Assembly (NCBI GenBank): GCA_964016885.1
Contig: OZ024743.1
Location: forward strand, 39,680,001 to 39,744,000
Direction of reading: 5' to 3'
Origin: Eledone cirrhosa
Lineage: Eukaryota
DNA: 64,000 bases
Both the position numbers and the translations under genes were made by a program. The stretch's first letter is position 1, and each line of letters starts with the position of its first letter. A model generated the notes under the pieces. It ran no database searches and was not told the DNA's origin. It saw only the letters and a program-made list of their open reading frames with translations. Of the stretch, positions 29,521 to 43,828 are shown in pieces.

Positions 29521-29758
29521 GTAGAACACTGGAAGGTAAAATCCGTAGTGGTAGAGCAATCAGTCCGTGGGAGGAGTTATGTAGAAGTGGTTACACAACA
29601 GTTAGTTGACAATTCCGAGAACAATTGTTTCACCTTAGCGGATCCTCAACTCGTAATGGACCATTACGAGACCTTTACGGGTCCATTACGAGCTGAGGAT
29701 CCGCTAAAGTGAAACAATTGTTCTCGGTATGGTGAACTAACTGTTGTGTAACCACTTT
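29521..29758. mobile_element. 238-bp fold-back insertion of family A with an HHR on each strand
   Basis: Same outer ends as 2735-4598. HHR at 29689-29726 (+, CTGAGGA) and 29616-29653 (-, TTGAGGA). Confidence 0.9.
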
Positions 29759-29806
<48 letters not shown>

Positions 29807-32285
29807 AATGTGTGTGTGTGTGTATATGTGTGCGCCTCTGTGTGTGCGTATATACCTCATATGTATAGGCGTATTCTACAAATATACATATTGCTGCAAT
29901 TTCAATAGTAGTTATATCCCCATATATATATCCGTGTCTCATTGCACATGTCCATAGATGTATGCATATAGATTAACCCACCCTCAATATATATATGTAA
30001 AACTACAATTAAACATGCTTACAGGCTTGTAGGCACCTCAGCGCATATATTGATATAGATATTACTAGTTACTTAATACCTTAGTTAACAGTTTCCTCAT
30101 GTCACTAATATGCATTATATAGATATAGGGATATGCGTGTAAATCATCAAAATTAAAGAGCTGTATAATTGAATGATCATTAATTGAATTGCATAATTGA
30201 AAAAACGGATGAAGAGCCCATAAAAATAATGGATTTACTATCATCCCAGTTTAGTACTTAGTCTGGCACATTGTGAGAATCAGCACATGTAAGACGTTGT
30301 AAGACAAACAACTTATATGAGGCTATTCATTTATAGAAAGAGGTATAGTGGTGTTAGAATCCAGAAGGCAAGTTGGTTTGTAGAGACAAACATTTGTATG
30401 ATTTTGTGATTGCAGGATATGAAAAATGTTCATGTATCTTATTAAGAAATGTTTCCTTGGAGATAATGATTTAGAAATTCCCTGTGAGATAAATCAGTCA
30501 GTAACAATTTATTAAAGTTGATCTTAAATGTCTTTTAACGTTTCTCTATGCCAATTTCCTCATGTAAACCTATATATATGTTTATCTATATACGTTACGT
30601 AAGCCCATTAATCGCCTACTGTAGACAAGGGAAATGTCGAACATAAGGCCGAAATCAAACAACGAATTGAAATATCTTGACTGATTATTTTATATCTCTA
30701 AACGGGTGCCCTAAGATAACTTACCTCTACCCTTACTTTTTATACATTGATTATGTGAATGTTGTTTTATTTTGTTATAATTTCTTCCATGCGCTTTCTG
30801 TACTCATAAATCTATTTTTGCTTTCATTTCTGCATCCGTTGGACATATCTCTCTTGACTATTTCAGACTATTTACATAAGAATTGTTCATTATTTCTGAG
30901 GAAGACGGTGAGATGGATCAACGTGGTGGTATAACCACTACCAATTAGTTGATATATCGATTTAGCATGATCAATCAACCCACTGATCGCTCATAGGAAT
31001 CAACAAGAGATCAAATTAACTAGAACAGTTATGGATCTCAAATTAGGATCATGGTAATCACCAACAAAATGTTGTTAGATAAAATTGTGCCTTCATTATC
31101 TTAACGATGCAGAAACCTGTAGAATCTGGAAATATAAATATTTTTCTGAATTGCACTGGTTGCATTGTAAGGCATAGGGAATTAACACGGGAAGAAATGT
31201 ACTTGATATATTCTCACTATAACAATGGCAACTAAATTTCTACATGATAATGTACATTAACAGACACTTCGAAACGAATAGTGTTGATAGACGTAGCGAA
31301 CGAGTGGGAATAATGAAGTATCAATAACTCTCCTTAGTGAACCAAAAGAAAATTTCAGGGTTTTATCGGTTGAGAGATTTCCAGAATATTGGCACAATTC
31401 AATAAGAAAGATGCATTTGGGCACTTCAATAACAAAACCATAGTCCTTAAGATACGGGCATAATGATAACTAACAAGCAATTCTATGAAGGTAACAAGCT
31501 GCAACAGGAACGAATTTTTTCACTACTTTTCATCATGACAAATATATATACAAATAAACCACAAAATGTATTTTATTCAGCCTGTTTATTTTATAGATAT
31601 TTTAAGTTCTATAAAAAATATTTAAAAATAAAACGGTTTTCCTGTGAACTATTCGGAATAGGGCAATTCTACACCTTGAATATGGGGGTAGACCCCAAAA
31701 GTGTATTGTAATATAAAGATATATTAAAGAAGTCAGACGAAGGCAAGCATAGTAGCGATGGAAAGAAACATTGAATACTCAGCTGCAGTTGCTAATAAAA
31801 CTGTCAGCGTTATCTGCTTGTATGAACAATGTTATAACATTATAAAAAATGTAATGTAAATGTATTATTTTGGAGCAACGTTATAGTGGGGAATGCTGAC
31901 AAAATATACTCTTGCAATATTTTGAAAAGAAAATGGTTTGTGTAACAGACTAAAGAACGTGTAATATCTTATTCGATGTACACATCTAAATTATGATCTT
32001 CCAATTCACAAAGAGCAAGGAAATTGCAGAAAATCGTGTTGTCAAGGACAATAAAAAAATGAAAATTTAACATAGAGAGTGGACATTTGTTGGAATTATA
32101 TTTTGTGGGTATTTAGTTAGTCCATACTATTTCCAAGGATAATCTCATCGCCAAAAGAATACTGAAGGAAAATATGATTGAGAAGGATACGTTGTGTTGT
32201 TATGCTGGAATTGTTTAATCTGATAGTTTTACTTTTTGTTTTCAACTCTACATGTGATAAATGGATATTTACTTATTAATAATTG

Positions 32286-32468
32286 ATTCTACTTTTGGCA
32301 CAAGGCCAGTAATTATCCAAATGCATTACTGGTACTTTATTTTATCGAACCCGTCAGAGAGAGAGGCACAGCTAACTTGGCAGGATTTGAACTCAGAACA
32401 TAAAAGGCCATAACTATGCTGCAAAGCATGGTGTCCGACGCTCTACCGATTCTGCCAATCCACCGCTC
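32286..32468 (-). mobile_element. tRNA-derived SINE
   Basis: Family consensus, with TSD-like ttac(t/c)tattaataat. Confidence 0.88.
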
Positions 32469-33363
32469 TTTACCTATTAATAATATCATCTCCCGTTATC
32501 TGCACTATTAGTATTATTGTGGTTATTAATTCCAATTTATTAGTATGCAAGAATTGTTGATGTTATCATTTATGCTATTGTGATATTAATAGTGAGTTAG
32601 TGGAATGTAGAAATCGTATGGACGTCTGTGAGTAGAATCAAAGAAAGTGAAGTGATGTGTGGTAACATAAATAGGAATCTATAGCCGTATACATCGTTGA
32701 ACGTTAATGGAGAGTAGGAGTATATCTGCCTATGGTAGTCGCTGGGGGTTGAGGGATAGTATCTTGTAGATTTGAGGCGTGTGTTTGCCTATTGGAATAG
32801 ATTCCTCGATTACCGGTATTTCCCACAATGGCTTTGATAGTTATTGTAACGACCTTCGAGGTGATTTTCCACTTACCAATGAGTTTCTTGAGCAAGGATA
32901 CATATGTTCTTGAGATATATTTTGTTACGTATATGTAGTTGTCAGATCATACCATCAGGGTGACGCACGTGGACTTAAGTGCATTAGATACGGTGTAAGT
33001 TGTTTGCCAATGTGCAGAGAATCCGTGTGACGGATAAGGTATTTCTCATCCATATTATGTAAACACATATCAGTTTAGTACACCCAAAGTTGAAAATATA
33101 TCTCCCTATTTAGATTAAAATATACCAACATACCTGCAACACAAGATATACTGCTCTGACTGTTTACTTAAGAGTTTATTTTTTTGTCAAAGGGAGTTTA
33201 TGCAAAAGGGGTTATACTGGAAAATATAACTTATGGATCCCAGATGCAATGCATGGGAATTTAAAAAAGTAAAAACACAAACGAATGGCACAGAATTGTA
33301 GGGGTCATCGTGTGTGTATGTATGTATGTAATTACAATTTTCATACCTGTGAATCTATCTATC

Positions 33364-33419
<56 letters not shown>

Positions 33420-33679
33420 AAGTAAAATAAAAAGTCAAATGTTTAAAATTTAGCTTCATTTATTACTGCTATATATATTTCGGTGACAGCCATCTTAATG
33501 TGTTCTGATGTTGGGTTTGAATAGTTTTTAGGATTCCCTATTCCAGCAGCTAGTACATTAAAGAAAATTGATGGTTATAACAATAAAGGCTGAACAGAGA
33601 ACAAATGTTTTAACAAATATTGATTTGTACAACCATAACGGCAATTCCAAGTAAGAGAAAATATTTAGATTTCATTGTT

Positions 33680-34095
33680 AGCGCCTCAGAGTATACACTA
33701 CTTTTTTGTTCGGCCCTCTGGAGCAAAGATGAAGAGATTGTTTGGCGAGCTAACCCTAGAGCAACCTACATACAATTGACCATGGGAGAATCACTGATTT
33801 CGCAGCTCGTATCGAGGAGAAGCTCTGTAGACGTTGATCTCTGGACACTCCTGTCAGGAGCAGGTAAGCTGTAATGAGTTAGAGGCCTACCACCAATCTA
33901 CAGGACACTGTTTTCGAGACAAATGAGCGCCTCATTGACAACGACATTGTATGTTACGTTCGGATTGTGTCTGCGTGTGCGGTAGATGATGTCCTCAGCT
34001 AGACATTCACGGTGGTTGTTCCACATTGCGTGAGGGTCGGCGCGATCGCAGTTGTGCAGCATATTACAAAAGGTTTTCGCAGCTGAGAAGGGACT
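33680..34095 (-). mobile_element. Helitron Rep/helicase fragment (pseudogene)
   Basis: Manual translation across a frameshift: PSQLRKPFVI/MLHNCDRADPHAMWNNHRECLAEDIIYR..NEALICLENSVL*IGGRPLTHYSLPAPDR. This matches from memory the region preceding the PIF1 helicase in RepHel proteins. Confidence 0.7.
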
Positions 34096-34294
34096 TTAGC
34101 AGTTGCTGCTTTTGGCAGGGTGGAAAGCCAAAACAGTAAGTGGAACATTGATGGCCATTAATAGTTCTAAAATCTTGGAAGACTGTGGTCCTCTAACCTC
34201 GAACAATAACAATGAAGATAAGCCGTCTGTGCTTTCGTGAAATAAATAGGTTTTTATTTTTGTGTATGCAAAAATATCTGTACACGAATATATG

Positions 34295-34415
34295 TATTGA
34301 AATAACAGATTAATGTTTAAGCAAAGAATCGCTGCTTTCACCCTTAAAGGGATCTTCTGAAACGAAAAGAAAATCAGTCTGTGAACGCAGATGTAAATAT
34401 TTCGAAATACGTTAT
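34295..34415 (-). mobile_element. Fragment related to family B terminal repeat
   Basis: aaataacagattaatgtttaagcaaagaatcgctgctttcacccttaaagggatcttctgaaac matches 13942-14005. Confidence 0.75.
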
Positions 34416-34678
34416 CTAATGCAGACAGCCAGACATACAGACTGAGAAAAAGAGGGGAATGCTGTGCGACGTCATATGAAAAACTGAGGAATGACGTATA
34501 GCCGAAAGTGGTGACATTTAAAGTTTTAAAGAAGTGAATATTTAAATAATGTCTTTAATCTTTTCACAACATTCAGTAGACAAAAGGACCCTCAACTTTT
34601 TACTTGGAAATTTGGTGCTGTTTGCTCCAGCCGTTTGGCGGAAAGTGTGTTACCTACATACGGCCGTCAGCTTTATAG

Positions 34679-34712
<34 letters not shown>

Positions 34713-34761
34713 TAATAAAGTAATGAATAAACAAAGAAACAGTTCCTTATATTTAAACAAT

Positions 34762-34903
34762 TCATCATTTTACGATCGTTTCTAGGATATATATGTGTTA
34801 GTGTTGGTATGCATATTCTATAGATCTATGTAAAATATTTATACAAACTATCAGAGGGAATATACAAACCTACACATATATATGCTGTCTTCAGAAATAA
34901 TGA
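34762..34903 (-). ncRNA. Hammerhead motif with ~105-nt stem II (mirror copy at 39615-39756 +)
   Basis: TCATTATTT-CTGAAGA-[long hairpin]-GAAA-CGATCG-TA-AAATGATGA. Confidence 0.6.
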
Positions 34904-35583
34904 TATTTGTTTATTGAAAAAAAACAAAGATTTAATACGATATGTCTGTTTGGGAACAGGTTTTGAATTGACCAATACAAAGATAGTGAAGGTCAAGATA
35001 GTAATATAGTAGTAAAAGAACCTTAATTTATGGGTAGAGGAAGGTAGATTACAGTTTTGGATTGAAAAGAATATTATGAATGAAAGATTATTTTAGGGAT
35101 GAAAATAGGTCGTATGCTGACCTCAGAAATAATTATATTTGTTCATTGAATAAAACCAAATGAGATTTAATATAGTCTGTCTGTTTGGTAACAGGTTTAG
35201 AATTAACCAATAGAAAGTTAATAATTGGCCAAACGGTAAAATAGTAGTAATTGAAGTTTATTTTAGGGGTAGAAGAAGGTAGATTTCAGTTTTGAATGGA
35301 GTGTGAAGAATGAGAAGGTTATTTTAGGGGTGAAAATAGGTTAGGTCAGTAAAAAGTATACGAACAGTTGCTGTTATAAAATAGTAATGCCAATGCAAAT
35401 ATCTAAGGAGACTAAAATTTTACGATAAGAGTGTTAGTGAAAAGAATACATCCAGGAAAAGAATAAAAATTAATTTAATTGATGGGTATATTTATATTGA
35501 TACAATTATACTAATGCATATAGATATGATAAATGTAGTTGAAGAGTGCTGTTAAAGATGAGGGGAAATTAAAAGAATATAAA

Positions 35584-35632
<49 letters not shown>

Positions 35633-35664
35633 CATATACACACACATACACACACACACATATA

Positions 35665-35724
<60 letters not shown>

Positions 35725-38602
35725 TACATACATATACATATTATTATGGGGGGGGGGGTTACATTTATTAGTGAGAAATAATAAATATATAGAGATTTCA
35801 AGGAACATAGAGTCATAACCTGAAATTAAAGCATTATATATGTTTACTTAATGGTATCAGTTTTAGGAAATGATAGTTGTAAGAAGGAAAGTAAAATGAT
35901 GTAGTTCATTAGTAGTAGAATATTAATTATAGGTTAACTAAATTAAAAACAGTTTATATATTAATTTCTAAAATGTATATTAATTAGGTTTATAATATTT
36001 AAAGGTTTTTCTCAGTTTATGATTACACGATATTATTAATTCCTGTAGCTTATTTAATAGGATATCCTTAGATTTCCTTATTTCAAAAAAGTTCTTGGGA
36101 ACATAATCTACATTCATATCTCTTATTTTGATAAGGAGTGGCTCTTTTGAGCACACTCCAGGTCAGGTCATACTCTATATTCCTCTTTCTATAATTATTT
36201 ATTATTTCAGCTAGAGATGTTGTATTAGCTAGTGCGGCATTTTTAAAACTATGTTTGTGGGTATTAAAACTTACCTTAAATTTGTTAGAGGTAGCTCCTA
36301 TTTATGAATAAATTGAGTCCTTAGTGTTAACTTTACATTTATATACTATGTTATTAACAATGCAATTTCCTTTTAATGGGCAGTTTGCCTTGTTTCTACA
36401 GTTACAACTTTTCGTGAATCTTGAATCCGAGGAGATATTATGGTTAGTTTGATGTACTGGTGGTATACTCATGGTTTCTTTACATTTATATGCATTGTAG
36501 GCATTTATATTTTGTTTTATGTTTTTGGTTGTTGAGTAGGAGAATTTAACCGTTGATCTATTTAAAATTTGATGGTATTTGTGGTTTGGTGGGAAGTTCT
36601 TCTCTAGGATATTAAAGAATTTTTTAGGTATATTATCCTTAATTTGTAAATTAAATGGAGCATTATACCAAGTAACTCCTCTATTACGGTTTCGATGTTG
36701 TTTATTGTTTTTATAGGATGTATCCTGATGTTTATTAAGAGAATTATTGTTTATGACTTCACCACACACATGTTTAATTAGATTTATTGATTTGGGTGTT
36801 TTAGCTTGTTTATTAGGAGTGTTATTATTACCATTTATTAGAGTTGTAGGATGAGTGGTTTTTTGAGAGTTACTATATTGTATATTAAAAGAGTTAGAGA
36901 AATTTGTTTTTATGTTGGTATTTTGGGGTATAGTGTGAGTGGCATTTAGGTGTGTATGTTTCATTTGGTGTTTGTTGGTAATATTAGGTTGTGTGTTTGT
37001 AGTGTTATTGGTACAAGGTATATATACTAATTTATTCTTGTGGCCACTTCTAGCTACAGCTTCGTTATAAACCTAACCAACATTTACACTACATACACTC
37101 ACAATCTAATCACCCTAAATCTATCCTTAAAAACCTTGCATATAGTATATCACTTAGAATTTCTAACCTTTCGTCTAACCAGGATGTATTTGATAAAAAT
37201 GCGAAAAAAAGCAAATAAAAAACTTTTATGACGAAGCTCTAGCTAGACGTGGCCACAAAAATAAATTAGTGTATATACCTTGTACCAATAACACTACAAA
37301 CACACAACCTAATATTACCAACAAACACCAAATGAAACATACACACCTAAATGCCACTCACACTATACCCCAAAATACCAACATAAAACCAAATTTCTCT
37401 AACTCTTCTAATATGCAATATAGTAACTCTCAAAAAACCACTCATCCTACAACTCTAATAAATGGTAATAATAAAACTCCTAATAAACAAGCTAAAACAC
37501 CTAAATCAAAAATCTAACTAAAAATGTGTGTGGTGAAGTCATTAACAATAATTCTCTTAATAAACATCAGGATACATCCTATAAAAACAATAAACAACAT
37601 CGAAACCGTAATAGACGAGTTACTTGGTATAATGCTCCATTTAATTTACAAATTAAGGATAATATACCTAAAACATTCTTTAATATCCTAGAGAAGAACT
37701 TCCCACCAAACCACAAATACCATCAAATTTTAAATAGATCAACGGTTAAATTCTCCTACTCAACAACCAAAAACATAAAACAAAATATAAATGCCTACAA
37801 TGCATATAAATGTAAAGAAACCATGAGTATACCACCAGTACATCAAACTAACCATAATATCTCCTCGGATACACGATTCACGAAAAGTTGTAACTGTAGA
37901 AACAAGGCAAACTGCCCATTAAAAGGAAATTGCCTTGTTAATAACATAGTATATAAATGTAAAGTTAACACTAAGGACTGAATTTATTCATATATAGGAG
38001 CTACCTCTAACAAATTTGAGGTAAGATTTAATACCCACAAACATAGTTTTAAAAATGCTGCACTAGCTAATGCAACATATCTAGCTGAAATAATTAATAA
38101 TTATAGAAAGAGGAATATAGATTATGACCTGACCTGGAGTTTGCTCAAAAGCGCCACCCCTTATCAAAATAATAGATATGAATGTCGATTATGTTCCCAA
38201 GAACTTTTTGAAATAATGAAATCTAACGATATCCTATTAAATAAGCGACAGGAATTAATAATATCGTGTAATCATAGACTGAGAAAAATCTTTAAATCGT
38301 ATAAACCTAATTAATATACATTTTAGAAATGAATATACAAAACTGTTTTTACTTTAGTTAACCTATAATTAATATTCTACTACTGATGAACTACATAATT
38401 TTACTTTCCTTCTTACAACTATCATTTCCTAAAACTGATACCATTAAGTAAACATATATAATGCTTTAATTTCAGGTTATGACTCTATGTTCCTTGAAAT
38501 CTCTATATATTATTATTTATCACTATTAAATTTAACTCCCCCCCCCCCAATAATTATATGTATGTGTATGTATGTATATGTGTGTATATATATATGTATG
38601 TA

Positions 38603-38669
<67 letters not shown>

Positions 38670-38684
38670 ATGTGTGTGTATCTG

Positions 38685-38723
<39 letters not shown>

Positions 38724-38745
38724 TTATATATATATTTTATATTCT

Positions 38746-38932
38746 AGGGCGGTGAATTGGCAGTATCGGTAGAGGGTTGGACGCCATGCTTTCTAGCATA
38801 GTTACGTCCCTTTACGATCTGAGTTCAAGTCCCGCCGAGGTTGACTTTGCCTTTCATCCTTACGGGGTCGATAAAATAAAGTACCAGTAATGCACTGGGT
38901 AATTGCTGGCCTTGTGCCTAAACTAGAAACAA
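38746..38932 (+). mobile_element. tRNA-derived SINE inserted in one arm only
   Basis: Full consensus copy with TSD-like tattttatattct. Absent from the left arm at ~35580. Confidence 0.92.
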
Positions 38933-39960
38933 TTATTTTATATTCTTTTAATTTCCCCTCATCTTTAACAGCCCTCTTCAACTACATTTATCATATCTAT
39001 ATGTATTAGTATAATTTTATCAATATAAATATACCCATCAATTAAATTAATTTATATTCTTTTCATGGATGTATTTCTTTCACTAACACTCTTATCGTAA
39101 AATGTTAGTCTCCTTAGATATTTGCATTGGCATTACTATTTTATAACAGCAACTGTTCGTATACCTTTTACTGACCTGACCTATTTTCACCCTAAAATAA
39201 TCTTCTCATTCTTCACACTCCATTCAAAACTGAAATCTGCCTTCTTCTACCCCTAAAATAAACTTCAATTACTACTATTTTACAATTTGGCCAATTATTA
39301 TCTTTCTATTGGTTAATTCTAAACCTTTTGCCAAACAGACAGACTATATTAAATCTTTGTTGGTTTTATTCAATGAACAAATATAATTATTTCTGAGGTC
39401 AGCATACGACCTAGTATCATCCCTAAAATAATCTTTCATTCATAATATTCTTTTCCATCCAAAACTGTAATCTACCTTCCTCTACCCATAAAGTAAGGTT
39501 CTTTTACTACTATATTACTATCTTGACCTTCACTATCTTTGTATTGGTCAATTCAAAACCTGTTCCCAAACAGACATATCGTATTAAATCTTTGTTTTTT
39601 TCAATAAACAAATATCATTATTTCTGAAGACAGCATATATATGTGTAGGTATGTATATTCCCTCTGATAGTTTGTATAACTATTTTACATAGATCTATAG
39701 AATATGCATACCAACACTGACACATATATATCCTAGAAACGATTGTAAAATGATGAATTTTTTAAATATAAGGAACTGTTTCTTTGTTTATTCATTACAT
39801 TATTAATTTATCTGGACTCTGTTTTCCGTTAATTTTCACCGAAAATAGTTATTGAATGCATCTTCTCTTTTCATGATATCCTGATTACATTGTGTTCTTC
39901 ATACGGTTTGAACACTACCGTAAATTTTTGGTAGATTTATCTACATATATATATATATAT

Positions 39961-40011
<51 letters not shown>

Positions 40012-40013
<2 letters not shown>

Positions 40014-40342
40014 TTAGAAAACGGAAAATCAGTTATGCATCTGAACTCAATTTATTGTGTTTCAATTGTTTCGCCGGCGGACAGCTCGACAGGTGAGAGG
40101 TGATCATTGTGAGGATCTGTCTAATTCTGTGTCCGTCGAACCTGCGGGTCTAGAATCAGAGAGAGCCACACAATGATCGCGTCTCGAGCTGTCCGCTGGC
40201 GAAACGATTGTAACACAGAATAAATTGTGTGAGTTCAGATGCATCACAGATTTTTCGTTTTCTAATCTATCATACTCTACTCTGTAAGAGCATAGTATGC
40301 TCAACCGGCATACCGCCTATGGAAGCATCTTAGCTACCATCA
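40012..40342. mobile_element. Fold-back insertion (family I) with decayed long-stem-II HHR
   Basis: Arms 40012-40101 and 40160-40268 with a right tail. TTCTGTGT-ccgtcga..GAAACGATTGTA-ACACAGAA. Flanked by (GA)n and (CA)n rather than (TA)n. Confidence 0.8.
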
Positions 40343-40380
40343 GACACACACAGACACACACACACACACACATATGTATA

Positions 40381-40430
<50 letters not shown>

Positions 40431-40431
40431 C

Positions 40432-40855
40432 CATGAGTATCTTGGAGTTACTGTAGGTTTACCCGGGTGAGCACTCGATGTTTAGGTTCACTTCAGTGTC
40501 GATGTGTAGATCTAGACAGAGTGTATTATCGTGAAATAAAATAACAAGGACGATTGGTTTCTCCTTCATTACGTTTATTGTTTGATGACGCGCGTTTCGC
40601 TACTGATCAGCTTAAGATTCGATATATATCGTTCTGACCCGACTCTGTAAACCGCGGCTCGTCAGACCCCTTGTAATGGTAATGGAAAAATAAAAAAACA
40701 TTTCCATTGCCATTACAAGGGGGTGTGACGAGCGTCGGATTATAGAGTCGGGTCAGATCGATACAGATCGAACCTTGAGCTGATCAGTGGCGAAACACGA
40801 GTCACCAACCATTAAACGTAATAAAGGAGTAACCAATCGTCCTTGTTATTTTAAT

Positions 40856-40860
<5 letters not shown>
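40432..40860. mobile_element. Fold-back insertion (family J) with long-stem-II HHR
   Basis: Arms 40531-40688 and 40701-40859 with a left tail. Minus strand 40584-40669 reads GGT-CTGACGA-GC..GC-GAAA-CGCGCG-TC-A(T/C)C. Confidence 0.85.
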
Positions 40861-40901
<41 letters not shown>

Positions 40902-40930
40902 TATATATATAAATATATATATGTGTGTGT

Positions 40931-40967
<37 letters not shown>

Positions 40968-41261
40968 GGGGTGTGTGTGTGTGTGTTGTGTGTGTGTGTA
41001 TGCTTTTGTGTTTGTGTGTGTGTGTGTCGGGTCACTCTTGAGTAACACCGTTAACATACAACCTAGAACAATCTGTCGCATGATCGGGTCGTCGCCGACT
41101 AAATTGTCAACCCCACCAAGTTTACTTGTTGAGGAGGGTGATTTTCGTCACCGTGCAGGACAAAAAACAAGACCTGACAAAGGGCGGAAGAAATCATAAG
41201 AGCCAACGGCTATCCCAAAATGTGTAACTATGTATCTACATGTATGCATGTGTATATATGT

Positions 41262-41602
<341 letters not shown>

Positions 41603-41725
41603 TGGCGCAGTGCAATGGCCATACGTGATAACGAGGCGGCAGCCATCATCTACAGATAGATAGATAAATACATACATTGATATGCATTTATAAGTCCATA
41701 TAGACACACACAGAAAGACATACCC

Positions 41726-42681
<956 letters not shown>

Positions 42682-43755
42682 CATATGTTTGTGTGGTGGG
42701 GGGGAGTGTATGTATATGTAGCACCTTCGTTAAATGTTTCGTATTTCCTTGAGTTCTACGCGTGTTCAATGATAGTTGTTATATCTAACCTTTAAAATAT
42801 TTCTTTTCCTCTCCTCATTCAATTATTTTCGACATCACTTCCTGCAGAAAAGGAATTCCTCCTTTGGTTCAGAACTAATACAATGTACCAATTATTCCGG
42901 GAAATGGAAGTTATTATTTATCACATTCATTTATGAATAGCATTTGAATCATACCATAATCAACGATGTCCAATCTTTAGTACAGAACGATTTGCAAAGC
43001 TGACATGCTGATTTCCTGACCAATTCATATCCTGCAACAAATCAAACCACGTGTAACATGAATAACAATCCTTGAGATAACTTATTAAAAGAATAATTCA
43101 AATCAAAATTTAAAGATATTACTTTCCTACATAACTACTAAGAAGCATTGTAATCATTCATTCTAAAGATTCCATTCGAGATGGGAAAATAAATATCAGT
43201 ACCCTGGGAATAACTGAGTGTCATAATTACAATAGGATACATTAATGGTGGTATGACTAGCTAATGAACAGTCATGGACTACATGTTGCTATGCTTGCAA
43301 TGTGGTGAAGCCAAAATTAAAATAGTATAATGGATAGATCGTATATTAAGACTCAACATTCAATCGGATCGGGTTACCTGAAGCAATGACAAAATATAAT
43401 TTACTGAAAGGAAATATCTCATTGACGCGCCAGAAAATATTGGTAATATTGAACGGTAATATTGTGTTACTGATATAGGGAAAAAGAATCTCATTAATTG
43501 AATATTGCTTCATATGATTCATAATATTCTACGTTACCTTCCGCTTAGGATAGAAATGAAATGATAGTTCCATTATCCCACATGCTGTAATAATCAGTCT
43601 AATTTGTAGCAGGTGTCAGAACTTGGTGACACATTTAATTAGATAATTAGGTAATAAAATACAGAGATCCTTGTAAATCCATCCGAAACTATGTATGTGA
43701 CTATAACTACGAATCCAATATTAATGAGGCAATACGTCAGAAGCTAACACAAAAA

Positions 43756-43822
<67 letters not shown>

Positions 43823-43828
43823 CATAAT

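Larger units (their letters stand above)
34709..39945. mobile_element. 5.2-kb fold-back Penelope-like element (family H)
   Basis: Arms 34709-37070 (-) and 37226-39811 (+) each carry linker + GIY-YIG (WYNAPF, CNCRNKANCPLKGNC, YIGAT) and the 3' UTR. Tail at 39812-39945. (TA)n flanks. Confidence 0.93.

Noticed and set aside
30890-32220. Coding-like decayed sequence (also 10620-10980 and 62280-63180)
   Set aside because: No recognisable motif or sustained reading frame.
32700-32935. Possible APE endonuclease relic on the minus strand (ICILAQETHW)
   Set aside because: A single short motif among stops. It needs BLASTX support.
37976-37984. In-frame TGA in a PLE GIY-YIG ORF as possible selenocysteine (reported for some PLE clades)
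   Set aside because: The mirror arm has TCA (Ser) at this position and the conserved Cys codons are ordinary, so this is a point mutation.
41085-41160. Possible decayed HHR on the minus strand (gTGACGA..GAcA), and CAGATGA..GAAA at ~10216-10245
   Set aside because: Core mismatches and unclear stems, so these could be chance.
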